A stretch of 64,000 nt of DNA, taken from NCBI GenBank assembly GCA_964016885.1, contig OZ024746.1, positions 13,268,001-13,332,000 on the forward strand. Direction: 5' to 3'. Origin of the DNA: Eledone cirrhosa (Eukaryota). The position numbers and the translations under genes were made by a program. Shown one piece after another: positions 27,441-40,914 of this stretch; position 1 is the stretch's first letter; every line of letters begins with the position of its first letter. The notes under the pieces were generated by a model, which searched no databases, had not been told where the DNA came from, and worked only from the letters and a program-made list of their open reading frames with translations.

Positions 27441-28125
27441 CAGCATAAAATATTACCTCACCTGACTTGAACTAATCATGCCTCTCTCATTCCTTTACTA
27501 TCACTCCTTAGTGATTGCTACTCACACTATCACTGTACACCACCCCCTACTCTTTCCAGGATCACCCATGCTAAAATATTAACACACCAGTCATAACCCC
27601 AACAGTAGCTGTTTTCTTCACAGTACCTCCCATGTTACTGAAGACAACTCTCTCCGCTCCCGCTCATCATCCTGCTAACCCACCCCACCACCACCACCAC
27701 CACACTTGTCCTAAACCCATAATGTCACACTTTGCTAATATTTACACTATCTTCACTATCATCAAAGAAAAATACTATCACCAATATTATAAACACAATA
27801 TTCTCTAAATATCAAAAGAAGATCAACCAAACTACCAAATATCATTTTCAGTTATTTTTTACTATCTAGTTGATAAATAAAATATTAAAATAAATAATCA
27901 AAAGTCTGAAATGATTCATAAGAAATAAAAAAACTACATATTGAATGGTTAAAGAAAGATAAATATGAAAATAATTAGATACATTCATCATGAAAAACAA
28001 TCTTTTATATTATTTAGTGTTTAAATTAATCACAGATAAAGACATTTCTAATAATTATATTTTTTTTTGTAAAAATAAAATTAGATATAATGAATTTTGA
28101 TAGGTAAGTAGATGATTGTGATTAC

Positions 28126-28245
28126 CTGGACTTAATGGTGCTTCACTTTGATCAAGCTGCTGCATTGACAATTCCACTCTTCTTATTTGAGTATAACCGG
28201 GACCTTGCATCTGTTTCATACATTTCGTAATAAAACCGACATAAT
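28126..28245 (-). CDS. Exon D: (D)YVGFITKCMKQMQGPGYTQIRRVELSMQQLDQSEAPLSP
   Basis: Acceptor tatgtttcag, donor CCAG|gtaatc. 120 nt, phase 1-1, continues the frame of exon C (FPR-DYVGF). Confidence 0.9.
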
Positions 28246-29524
28246 CTGAAACATAATATTGTAATAATTTAACATCTTTACTGTAGAATCAGCTCAAAAT
28301 TAGTCAATATAAACTACATATGTATTTCCACATTTTGCAGTCTTCAAACTACTATAAGTGTGAGTATGTGAATACATGTGTGTGTGTCTACCAATTCTAT
28401 ATACCAAAGACTAGATGTTGTTTTTAGGACTACAGTCTAAATAAATTCAGATTACCAGCTAATCTCTACAAAGTATAACCCAGATTAACATACTACTCAC
28501 ATATCTGCTACAGCAGTGTTGCTTCACACAGATTACCAAAGACTATAGATTAACAAACATTTACTAACCAACATATCATTGACTCACACATACACTACAA
28601 CACCCTCTAAGTTATATATTAGCCTCTAAGTTATATATTACCTCCACCCGATATATTTACCTCGACTTTTCCCATCATCTTTACTATATCTTACCAACCA
28701 GATTGTGCACTTAATGCTTTGGTCAAACAATTTATTTTTTCAAAACCTTGCTTTTCCTTACAGACATCAATGTAATCAGTTTGAGAAGGCCTATGAAGGC
28801 TATGGACAGACACCTCTACTCCTCCTCAGACTGATTAATTCTTTAACAATTGAGAAAGGAGTAAACAAGGATTTTCTCCTCTCTTCAAATTGATGAAATA
28901 TACATCAACTACATTGTGAAATCAATCTTCTTCTTTCCTGAGAAGGTCGTGGGGGAAGAATCCTCAAATATTCCTTCCAACAGGTCGTGTCAGAAGCAAC
29001 CATCTCCAACTGATCCAGTTGGATCCTTAAGCAAGACCAGCCAAGCTCATGAAATCAATATATTAACTATATTACTTCTATACAAATTTGGATTACTAAG
29101 TGGTCACAGAACAAAGATATACCCTCATTTCAGTCATTGGACTAAGGCCAACCTGAAACACCACCATGAGAACATATCAACTGCTTGGAGGTTTTTTTTT
29201 GGGGGGGGGGGGGGGGGGGGGGCATTTTAATAGAATTGTTTGTTTTTTTAGTTTGACACGTTTTATATCTTATCAGCTAAAATTTCCATATATTTATTGA
29301 AGTTTTGTGTATTGAATATTGTAATTTCCACGAAAAATAAGTTTACTGAATTTCGGTATGACAGTTGGAAATGATTAGTGAACTTTGTAACAATATAGCT
29401 CAAATTTGATAGTAAAGAAAATGGAACTGGCAAAGAAACAGCAACAAAGATAAGGATTTTTGTGATGTAGAATCATGTGTTGCTGTACAGCCAACAAATG
29501 GCCAAATAAGTTGAGAGAGAGAGA

Positions 29525-29570
<46 letters not shown>

Positions 29571-29904
29571 ATGCATGCACGTGTACGTACACCCTCATCA
29601 TCATTTAATGTCCATTTTCCCTGCTAGCTGGCAAAATGGTTAAAAAGTTCACTTGACAATCATTAGATACCAGGCTCAAGTCCACTGCCTGGTAATTTGG
29701 GTTGATCTATACCTTGTGACAGTCATGCTAAATCTCTCTCGTTCGAAAGCCCATCCCATGGGTCCTATCTGTAATTCAAAGAGCCAACCTTGTCATACAC
29801 AGTCATGCTGAATCTCTCTGGAAATATTTTTAAGAGTACACATCTCTGTGGAATGCTCAGCCACTTACACATAATTGCTTCTAGCATAGGAAAAGGTAAA
29901 AAAT

Positions 29905-30760
29905 TTATGGAGGGATTAGTTGATTAAATTTACTCCAGTATTAATCTGGTACTTACCGTATTCCCCGCCATCGAAGATGCTACTTTTTTCCTAAAATAAG
30001 TCTCAAAAATATACCATGTGTGCTGGAGGCCAAATGTTGTTTATTATTTTTTTTCAAATTTTTTTGGTTGTCAAAATTAGGGTGCGTCCTTGGCGCCGGG
30101 AAATACGGTAATTTTATCAACACCAAAATGATGAAAGTAAAGTTGATCTTGGCAGTATTTCAACTCAGAACATAAAGAACAAAAAGAAATACCCTAAAGT
30201 GTTTTGTCCAACGCTCTCTTGATTCTGCCTGTCTACCACCCTAATAATAATTGTTTCTACTTTTGGCACAAGGCCAGCAATTACCCAGTGCATTACTGGT
30301 ACTTTACTTTTATCGACCCCGTAAAGATGAAAGGTAAAGTGAACCTCAGCGGGATTTGAACTCAGACCGTAAAGGGACGTAACTATGCTGGAAACCATAG
30401 CGTCCAACCCTCAACTGATACTGCCAATCCACCGCTCTAATAATAATAATAATGTTTCTGATTTAAGCACAAGGCCAGCAATTTTAGGAGAGGGGGAAAG
30501 TATTTTAAATCGAACCCAGTGCGTGACTGGTACTTTATTTTATTGACCCCGTCAGGATGAAAGGCAAAGCTAACCATGACAAATTTAGGGGAGAATGAGA
30601 AGGTCAACTCTACTGACCCGACCCCAGTACTCGACTGGTACTATAGTTTATCAACATCGGAAGAAAGAAAGGTAAAGTTGACATGGACAGGATTTGAAAC
30701 GAGGACAAAGAAGACCGTAACAAAATACTGCCATGGATTTCATCTGATGCACTAAAGTTG
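29905..30760 (-). mobile_element. Cluster of about 4 nested or tandem SINE A copies; youngest at 30244-30436
   Basis: Repeated ctggtactttatttt...gacccc...gatgaaagg motifs. Confidence 0.8.
29956..30108. mobile_element. Tc1/mariner-superfamily (Tc2/pogo-like) MITE inserted into a SINE
   Basis: TIRs ccgtattccccg...cgggaaatacgg flanked by TA. It interrupts the SINE motif ctggtact/attttatcaa. Confidence 0.75.
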
Positions 30761-30844
30761 CTGTCAAAGGGAGGAGGAGGAGGAGGGTAACAATGATGAT
30801 GGGAGTAAATGTTCCATGGAGGAACAGTGTAACGTTTGGAAGAA

Positions 30845-33800
30845 GACATGTAGTAGACACTGTATGTTAGTAGGAAGAGGTAATACATGTAGTAGTAGAG
30901 AGTGTATGTTAGTAGGAGGAGGTAATACATGTAGTAGTAGACAGTGTATGTTAGTAGGAGGAGGTAATACATGTAGTAGTAGACAGTGTATGTTAGTAGG
31001 AGGAGGTAATACATGTAGTAGTAGACAGTGTATGTTAGTAGGAGGAGGTAATACATGTAGTAGTAGACAGTGTATATGTTAGTAGGAGGAGGTAATACAT
31101 GTAGTAGTAGACAGTGTATATGTTAGTAGGAGGAGGTAATACATGTAGTAGTAGACAGTGTATATGTTAGTAGTAGGAGGTAATACATGTAGTAGTAGAC
31201 AGTGTATGTTAGTAGGAGGAGGTAATACATGTAGTAGTAGACAGTGTATATGTTAGTAGGAGGAGGTAATACATGTAGTAGTAGAGAGTGTATGTTAGTA
31301 GGAGGAGGTAATACATGTAGTAGTAGACAGTGTATATGTTAGTAGTAGGAGGTAATACATGTAGTAGTAGACAGTGTATGTTAGTAGGAGGAGGTAATAC
31401 ATGTAGTAGTAGACAGTGTATATGTTAGTAGTAGGAGGAGGTAATACATGTAGTAGTAGACAGTGTATGTTAGTAGTAGGAGGAGGTAATACATGTAGTA
31501 GTAGACAGTGTATATGTTAGTAGGAAGAGGTAATATATGTAGTAGTAGACAGTGTATATGTTAGTAGTAGGAGGAGGTAATACATGTAGTAGTAGACAGT
31601 GTATATGTTAGTAGTAGGAGGAGGTAATACATGTAGTAGTAGACAGTGTATGTTAGTAGTAGGAGGAGGTAATACATGTAGTAGTAGACAGTGTATGTGT
31701 TAGTAGTAGGGGGTAATACATGTAGTAGTAGACAGTGTATGTGTTAGTAGTAGGAGGTAATACATGTAGTAGTAGACAGTGTATGTGTTAGTAGTAGGAG
31801 GAGGTAATACATGTAGTAGTAGACAGTGTATATGTTAGTAGGAGGAGGTAATACATGTAGTAGTAGACAGTGTATATGTTAGTAGGAGGAGGTAATACAT
31901 GTAGTAGTAGACAGTGTATGTTAGAAGTAGGAGGTAATACATGTAGTAGTAGACAGTGTATATGTTAGTAGTAGGAGGTAATACATGTAGTAGTAGACAG
32001 TGTATGTTAGTAGTAGGAGGAGGTAATACATGTAGTAGTAGACAGTGTATGTTAGTAGTAGGAGGAGGTAATACATGTAGTAGTAGACAGTGTATGTGTT
32101 AGTAGTAGGGGGAGGTAATACATGTAGTAGTAGAGAGTGTATGTTAGTAGTAGGAGGAGGTAATACATGTAGTAGTAGACAGTGTATATGTTAGTAGGAG
32201 GAGGTAATACATGTAGTAGTAGACAGTGTATATGTTAGTAGTAGGAGGAGGTAATACATGTAGTAGTAGACAGTGTATGTTAGTAGTAGGAGGAGGTAAT
32301 ACATGTAGTAGTAGACAGTGTATGTTAGTAGTAGGAGGAGGTAATACATGTAGTAGTAGACAGTGTATGTTAGTAGTAGGAGGAGGTAATACATGTAGTA
32401 GTAGACAGTGTATGTTAGTAGTAGGAGGTAATACATATAGTAGTAGACAGTGTATATGTTAGTAGTAGGAGGAGGTAATACATGTAGTAGTAGACAGTGT
32501 ATGTTAGTAGTAGGAGGAGGTAATACATGTAGTAGTAGACAGTGTATGTTAGTAGTAGGAGGAGGTAATACATGTAGTAGTAGACAGTGTATGTTAGGAG
32601 ATAATACATGTAGTAGTAGACAGTGTATATGTTAGTAGTAGGAGGAGGTAATACATGTAGTAGTAGACAGTGTATGTTAGTAGTAGGAGGAGGTAATACA
32701 TGTAGTAGTAGACAGTGTATATGTTAGTAGGAGGAGGTAATACATGTAGTAGTAGACAGTGTATGTTAGTAGTAGGAGGTAATACATATAGTAGTAGACA
32801 GTGTATGTTAGTAGTAGGAGGAGGTAATACATGTAGTAGTAGACAGTGTATGTGTTAGTAGTAGGAGGTAATACATGTAGTAGTAGACAGTGTATATTAG
32901 TAGGAGGAGGTAATACATGTAGTAGTAGACAGTGTATGTTAGTAGTAGTAGGAGGAGGTAATACATGTAGTAGTAGACAGTGTATGTTAGTAGTAGGAGG
33001 TAATACATGTAGTAGTAGACAGTGTATGTGTTAGTAGTAGTAGGAGGAGGTAATACATGTAGTAGTAGACAGTGTATGTTAGTAGGAGGAGGTAATACAT
33101 GTAGTAGTAGACAGTGTATATGTTAGTAGGAAGAGGTAATATATGTAGTAGTAGACAGTGTATATGTTAGTAGTAGGAGGAGGTAATACATGTAGTAGTA
33201 GACAGTGTATGTTAGTAGTAGGAGGAGGTAATACATGTAGTAGTATAGAGTGTATGTTAGTAGTAGGGGGAGGTAATACATGTAGTAGTAGACAGTGTAT
33301 ATGTTAGTAGGAGGAGGAGGTAATACATGTAGTAGTAGAGAGTGTATGTTAGTAGGAGGAGGTAATACATGTAGTAGAAGACAGTGTATGTTAGTAGTAG
33401 GAGGAGGTAATACATGTAGTAGTAGACAGTGTATATGTTAGTAGTAGGAGGAGGTAATACATGTAGTAGTAGACAGTGTATCTTAGTAGTAGGAGGAGGT
33501 AATACATGTAGTAGTAGACAGTGTATGTGTTAGTAGTAGGAAGAGGTAATACATGTAGTAGTAGACAGTGTATCTTAGTAGTAGTAGGAGGTAATACATG
33601 TAGTAGTAGACAGTGTATATGTTAGTAGTAGGGGGAGGTAATACATGTAGTAGTAGACAGTGTATATGTTAGTAGTAGGAGGAGGAGGTAATACATGTAG
33701 TAGTAGACAGTGTATGTGTTAGTAGTAGTAGGAGGAGGTAATACATGTAGTAGTAGACAGTGTATGTTAGTAGTAGGGGGAGGTAATACATGTAGTAGTA

Positions 33801-34735
33801 GACAGTGTATATGTTAGTAGTAGTAGGAGGAGGTAATACATGTAGTAGTAGACAGTGTATGTGTTAGTAGTAGTAGGAGGAGGTAATACATGTAGTAATA
33901 GACAGTGTATATGTTAGTAGTAGGAGGAGGTAATACATGTAGTAGTAGACAGCGTATGTGTTAGTAGTAGTAGGAGGAGGTAATACATGTAGTAGTAGAC
34001 AGTGTATGTTAGTAGTAGGAGGAGGTAATACATGTAGTAGTAGACAGTGTATGTTAGTAGTAGTAGGAGGAGGTAATACATGTAGTAGTAGACAGTGTAT
34101 ATGTTAGTAGTAGGAGGAGGTAATACATGTAGTAGTAGACAGTGTATGTTAGTAGTAGTAGGAGGAGGTAATACATGTAGTAGTAGACAGTGTATGTTAG
34201 TAGTAGTAGGAGGAGGTAATACATGTAGTAGTAGACAGTGTATGTTAGTAGTAGGAGGTAATACATATAGTAGTAGAAAGTGTATGTGTTAGTAGTAGGA
34301 GGTAATACATGTAGTAGTAGACAGTGTATGTGTTAGTAGGAGGTAATACATGTAGTAGTAGACAGTGTATGTGTTAGTAGTAGGATGTAATACATGTAGT
34401 AGTAGACAGTGTATGTGTTAGTAGTAGTAGGAGGTAATACATGTAGTAGTAGACAGTGTATATGTTAGTAGTAGGATGTAATACATGTAGTAGTAGACAG
34501 TGTATGTTAGTAGTAGGAGGAGGTAATACATGTAGTAGTAGACAGTGTATGTTAGTAGTAGGAGGAGGTAATACATGTAGTAGTAGACAGTGTATGTTAG
34601 TAGTAGGATGTAATACATGTAGTAGTAGACAGTGTATGTGTTAGTAGTAGGAGGTAATACATGTAGTAGTAGACAGTGTATGTGTTAGTAGTAGGAGGTA
34701 ATACATGTAGTAGTAGACAGTGTATGTGTTAGTTA
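30845..34735. repeat. ~3.9 kb minisatellite, unit about 39-47 bp
   Basis: gtgtatgttagtagtaggaggaggtaatacatgtagtagtagaca, with variable tag/gag/ta counts. Confidence 0.98.
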
Positions 34736-35202
34736 CTCATTTTAAAGTAAAAGACAAAGAGAAGGCAGGAAATGGATAATAGGCTTCAAATGAATGTCAC
34801 AACTACAGACATTTTAGAAAAATGTTTCATTTTGTTACATTCCAATTCAAAGAGTTTCTAGGTTCTTCCTTCCCTAATATTTCAACAATACTTTATTTAA
34901 CAAGAGAAAAAAAATAAAAACCTAAAAAGATCCTCACTGATCCTGTGTATAATATTAGATGTACATTTAATTTCAACTGACATATTGTGAACATAGAATA
35001 GATATAAATGTAAATAAATCTAAATACAGTAGCAGTGGAAACTTCTGGTGTCCTTCACCCTAGAACCACCTTACTTCTCACCTGCAACTGTGAGTCTAGC
35101 AAGCTGGAATGACTCTTCCAATGCATCTGTATCCCTCACCATCCCCTGGGGAAATGTCTTCTCTAATCTGTCCACTGGGATTGCGCATGAGTTCCCATTG
35201 GC

Positions 35203-35452
35203 ATATAATAGTGAGAGAGGGGGAGAGTGAGAGAGGTGGAGGCAGTGAAAGAGAGAGAACATCAACTATATAATAGTGAGAGAGGAGGAGAGTGAGAGAG
35301 GTGGAGGCAGTGAAAGAGAGAGAACATCAACCATATAATAGTGAGAGAGGGGGAGAGTGTGAGAGGTGGAGGCAGTGAAAGAGAGAGAACATCAACCATA
35401 TAATAGTGAGAGAGGGGGAGAGTGTGAGAGGTGGAGGCAGTGAAAGAGAGAC
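35203..35452. repeat. ~64-bp purine-rich minisatellite, 4 copies
   Basis: atataatagtgagagagggggagagtgagagaggtggaggcagtgaaagagag repeated. Confidence 0.92.
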
Positions 35453-35499
35453 TAGATGTCTTTATTAGTATCCATTCTACACACATTATTATTATTATT

Positions 35500-35910
35500 A
35501 TGGATTGGCAATATCGATAGAACGTCGGCTAACATACTTTACAGCATAGAGTTACGGCCCTTTACCTTCTGAGTTCTAATCTTGCCACGGTTACTTCTGC
35601 CTTTCATCCTTACGGGGTCAAAAGAATAAAGTACCAGTAATGTACTGGGGTCAATTTAATCAACTTTCCCTTTCCCAAAAAATTGTTGGCCTTGTGCCTA
35701 AATCAGAACCGATAGAGGATCAGATGCTATTCTGTTCAGCATAGAGTTACGGCCCTTTACGGTCTGTGTTCAAATTCTGCCAGGGTTAGCTTTGGTTTTC
35801 ATCTTTACGAGGTCGATAAAATAAAGTACCAGTAATGCACTGGGTCGATTTAATCGACTTTCCCCTTCCCAAAAAATTGTTGGCCTTGTGCCTAAATCAA
35901 AAACCATTAT
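35500..35910 (+). mobile_element. Two tandem SINE A copies
   Basis: Two ttacggccctttac...ggccttgtgcctaaatca units. Confidence 0.85.
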
Positions 35911-35961
35911 CATACTTAAAGGTGAGCAGTTAAAATATTATATATTCAAATTACAACTTAC

Positions 35962-36073
35962 CTCTTGGAAAATCTTCTGGTCTTATGAGTTCTTTAAAGA
36001 AGTCATATGCCCGTGTAACTTGGTCTAGATACTCAGTACCTTCAACGTACCAAAATTTCAACTTCCGAGTTTC
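35962..36073 (-). CDS. Exon C: ETRKLKFWYVEGTEYLDQVTRAYDFFKELIRPEDFPR
   Basis: Acceptor tttttattattttag, donor AGAG|gtaagt. 112 nt, phase 0 in and phase 1 out. Confidence 0.9.
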
Positions 36074-36714
36074 CTAAAATAATAAAAATGCAGCAATGTT
36101 ACTATTACAGCTCTTTCCAGGCTCTCTTGTATATCCTACTCTCTTGTAAGAAACTATTGATTTCTTTTGACAAGGCACGAGGCCAATTTTCATAAACAAG
36201 ATATAGACAACTGATCTGCCCGTTATATTATTACAGTTGGATTGTTTTCAATATCCAAAGGAAAGTGAGGTGAAAGATAAAGTCGACCCTGGTGGATTTA
36301 AAAGAAGAATGTAGGGAACAACAACTAAAAACTCTTAAGGCTTCAAATTCCATTTACTGACATTCCCTCAAACTCTCCCAAAGCATCTATATAATTATTA
36401 CCATTTTGCCTTATCAAATATTAACAATTACTATTAATGTCAATAAATCTCTAATGTCAATAATAGTTCTAGATTTCCTATTAACAATTGTTTAATAAAA
36501 GTACTAAAATTACTAAAACTTTTACCTAATGGTGGTGGTTTGGTCCCGTAACTCCTGATAGAGTTGTAGGGGTGCCATATTGACATACAGAGTTTCTTGG
36601 GTATTTTAAGACTGGCAGAGCCCATCCCTCTCCACGTCTGAGTACAGCAAGTTTCTTCCAGAGAAGGATAGAAAGTGACAGAGAGGAAGTGAGAAAGAGA
36701 TACAGAGAAAGAAT

Positions 36715-36870
36715 CAACCCCAGTACTAGATTGGTACTTTTTTATCGACCTTGAAAGGATGAAAGGCAAAGTTGACCTTGGCGGGGAATTTGAACTCAGA
36801 GAGCAGCGAGCCGGAATGAATACCATAAAGCTTCTGTCCGACAATCTAACGACTGCCAATTCACCACCTT
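36715..36870 (-). mobile_element. SINE A
   Basis: ttttatcgaccttgaaaggatgaaaggcaaagttgacc...tttgaactcag. Confidence 0.8.
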
Positions 36871-38685
36871 TCTACCTAATAAGTTTATATAAATGAACTA
36901 AGACAATGTAAAGGTAAATGAACCAAGGTATTATAGGACTTTAGACTTGTGAACCTGACAACCTTTTTAATGGTGATCACATGATAAAATACACCCAGTA
37001 TATTCTATAAAGTAGGAAGGACATCTGTGGAACACTGGCATGAATGTGTTAAGGAGTTCACCTTGCAACCCCATCATACTGGATTCAGTCCCAATATGCA
37101 GCACCCTTCAACTATAATAGCCTTGGAATGAACAATATCTTGAGTTGAATTTAGTAAATTGAAATTACAGACTCCCGTCATATATGGGATGGGAGGGGGG
37201 GGGACTGTAACTTAGCAGTTCAAGAAAAAAAAACATTCAACAAAATATGTACCCAACTTGAAAAAATAAATGTTAGGTCAATATAATCCATTAAATCAAA
37301 GCAGTACTCCAGCATGGCCACAGTCCAATGACTGAAAAGAGTAAAAGAGAATATGACCATGCTGTGGTCCCTGATATGTCCAGGAGGATAGTAACTTTAA
37401 CTAGGAACTGACTCTGTAATGAACTGTAATTCAACCCATGCCAGCATGAAAAGATGACATAAGATGATGATGATGATGACCCCAAACAAGCATGAAAAAA
37501 ACTAATGATGATGATGATGATGGTGGTTTCTGAACCAAAATGTTTCTACATCCTTACAATCAGGGGTTATATAAATTTTCCCTCAACATTTCTTTGAAAC
37601 ATAACCAGAAAAATCATTCTTTATAAACTACAATTTATTATATTATCGATCTAATCTGAATGAATAAAACCATTATTATTGGTACGCAACTCGAAACTAA
37701 TGAATCTATTCAAATAAAAAATCTAGGTTAGTTATCTATCTACTCTCATTCACTTAATTAGGAGTTCTGAACACCATTAAAAATGTCTTGCCTCATACAG
37801 CGATTAATAATTGCTTGAGCACAATAAGGCTTACAATTTGTATACAAAAAACTAAAACAATTTTGCTATTCAAACTCGAAAAGGCTATAATATAAGTGAA
37901 ATGGTGGGAATTAGGAAGGGCATCCAACCAAGGAAAGCAAGCCAAAAAAGGAATATATGAGCAAGACATGGCCACCTGACCAGTGATCTAGCCTCAGTAT
38001 GTAACAACCAATTGAACCCATTGAAGCATAGAAAATAGGCATTAAACAGGGATGATGATGATGATGATGATGTATACTAATATTATATATTGTATAATGT
38101 GTATTGAATTTTCCAGATCCCATTTAAATTATCAACTAACTTTTGTATAATTGTTTTACAAAAGGTGGTTATGACTACTTCATATATAACTTTGAAAGAT
38201 AATACAATAGCCAGACACATTAACTGTTAACATCTTGTTATGATTTAGTAGTAAATATCTAAAAACAGGTTTGTTAATTCAAATGTTTATTGTATCTTTA
38301 CTAGTGCTGTTTTATATTTTTCAAGAACATCTTGCTAGTGTGGCTTCATGTGGAACATGACGTTAAGAGTTAAAGTTAGTATTGGAATTTAGGTGAATAT
38401 CAAATCAACTTATATTTCTCTTGACTTTTGCTACGTAAAATCAAGTTGAGTGAAGCCAAAATAATATAACAACACTTCATCACTTGTTACATTTATATTT
38501 TACATATTGCTTCTTTTTCATTGTTTCACATCAACAAAATCTTGGGAAAACATAACAAAATGTCTGAAGTGTATAAGTGTTTTAGGAATTGAAAAAAGTT
38601 GGGGGGAGGGGGGTCTGCAGAAGTAATGAGAAACATTCAACATGTTTATGATAAAGATATTTAAATAGTTGTCAACAATAAACAT

Positions 38686-39072
38686 AGGCATGGCTGTGTG
38701 GTTAAGAAGTTCATTTTACAACCATGTGGTTCTGGGTTCAAACACACTGCATGGCACCTTGGGCAAGTGTTTTCAATTATAGCTTCAACTTAACCCAATG
38801 TATTGTGAGTGAAATCTGATAGATGGAAATTGTGTGGAAGATCAACGTGTGTGTGTCTGTCTGTCTCCATGTTAATGTCTACAATGCTTAACAACTAATA
38901 TCTTTTCTTTATCTCCTGTAACCTAGCTAGCATTTCGGCAAATAGAGGTTGATGAATTAAGTACAAAACTTAAAAATAAGTACTGGCAACCAATATGATC
39001 AAGTAAAACTGTTTAAGACATTGCTCCAGTATGACCACAGTCCAATGACTGAAACCAATAACAGAATAAAAG
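38686..39072 (+). mobile_element. tRNA-derived SINE family C with internal (TG)n
   Basis: ggcatggctgtgtggttaagaag head, gggttcaaac B-box, tail cacagtccaatgactgaaac. A similar copy lies at about 37035-37350. Confidence 0.7.
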
Positions 39073-40050
39073 AATATTTCCAAAAATGTAATACATGTAA
39101 CATATACAGACTGTACAGTTATCCTGGATATAAAGAAACTTTAATTCAGAGAGAGTGAACTGGGGATAACATTATCTAATGTTCTTTTGAAAATAGAGTG
39201 ATATCATTTGAGTTCCAGGCTCAGCTAGCCCCAGCTGACAGTATCTGAAATAGGACGCTATCCAGTTCACCTAAATACTCTCTTCATATAATAATTACAC
39301 AATATTACACCAACTTTGTGAGTATCTGGTTTAGAATAGGTACACTGTGTGTTGTAAGAAGTGACTAAAAGGATTGGCATCAGGAAGGGCAGCCAACTGT
39401 GAAACATTGCTTCGAAAAGTCTGGTTCAATCCATGACAGCATATAGTGACCCACAAAGCTAACTTCTGCTTTAGCAATGTAAAGGCCTTAAAATGCTTTT
39501 GTGTAACCTGAGATCAGCAATGCAAGCTAAACCTCTATCATAACCTCCCCCACACCATTCTTAACTCAATGATAACACTGTTTACTTCTGTTGTAATCAA
39601 CTCAACAACATCCTGTAAACCAGGCAAAACTACAAACCAGATTCAACATGAAATAAACACTACCTTATGGTGTGTGTGACCTAGTAAGACAAAGGAGTGA
39701 ATCCTGACACTCCCAACCTACAATACCAATGAGTAGCTAACATGGCACACCCAACCTACAATACCAATGTGTGGCTAACCTAACATAGCTACTCATTGGT
39801 ATTGTAGATTGGGTAACTAAAATCTTGATCACCAACATTATGTCATAGATCTGCTCAAGCAGAATAAGCTAGAGTTACCAAACAAAAGACCACTAACATT
39901 GAGAAATTATTATGAATAATTTCTTCGAGAAACAACAATAATTGTTTTTTTTAATTGATATAAAATCTTGTGTATATTTGAAGATGTTAAGTTTATAGAA
40001 ACAAACATGAATGTAAAGTATTTGCAGGTGTGGCTGATTAAGAAGTTCAC

Positions 40051-40843
40051 AATAACTAGGGTAAGAACGGGATGGAAGAAGTTTAGGGAACTACTACCAC
40101 TGCTAGCTGCAAAAGGTTTCTCCCTCAGAATGAAAGGCAGACTGTATGATGCGTGTATCCGAACAGCGATGTTGCATGGTAGTGAGACCTGGGCGCTGAA
40201 GGTGGAAGACTTACGTAGATTAGAGAGAAACGAAGCCTGCATGCTCCGATGGATGTGTAACAGTAATATACGTGAACGACAAAGCATAAAGGAATTGAGA
40301 GAGAGACTGAGCATAAGAGGAATCAAATGCTGCGTGCAGGAGAGGCGGTTACGCTGGTATGGACATGTGATGCGTATGAAGGATGACAGCTGCATAAAAA
40401 GGTGCAGAGCACTAGAAGTTGATGGAAACCGCGGAGTGGGGAGACCCAAGATGACTTGGGATGAGGTGATAAAAGCCGACCTTACCCAACTACACCTCTC
40501 AAAGACAATGACACACGACCGTGACTTCTGGCGTCACGCAGTAATACAGGGTACCCGACCTCCCATGGGTACATGCTGAAGCATATAAACAATATGCCCC
40601 CACTCCTCCCACCGCAAGGTGGTCGTGTAGGTGCCACGGCAAAAAAGCACCCAGCCCACACTGTAAAGTGGACGTGTAGGCGCCACGAAAAAGCACCCAG
40701 CACTCACTGTAAATGAGGTTGGTGTTAGGAAGGGCATCCAGCTGTAGAAATCAAGCCAGATCAGTTCCTGTATGAGCAAGGCATGGTCAGCCGACCAGAC
40801 ACTGCCCACAACAGGACAACCCGTCTAACCCATGCTAGCGTGG

Positions 40844-40848
<5 letters not shown>
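40051..40848 (+). mobile_element. 5'-truncated RTE-clade LINE: C-terminal ORF to stop at 40579, plus 3' UTR
   Basis: Translation RVRTGWKKFRELLPLL...KGRLYDACIRTAMLHGSETW...RRLRWYGHVMR...GRPKMTW is typical of the RTE post-RT region. The frame is uninterrupted. Confidence 0.92.

Positions 40849-40913
<65 letters not shown>
40846..40913. repeat. (TG)n microsatellite; other simple repeats at 25842-25900, 29514-29570, 44926-44975, 45620-45865, 54375-54560
   Basis: Direct inspection. Confidence 0.95.

Positions 40914-40914
<1 letters not shown>

Noticed and set aside
30610-34644. Many MYYLLLLTYTV/VGGGNTCSSRQC ORFs; likewise ORFs at 42597-44571 and 54242-54633
   Set aside because: These are translations of minisatellites or microsatellites with frequent frameshifting unit variants.
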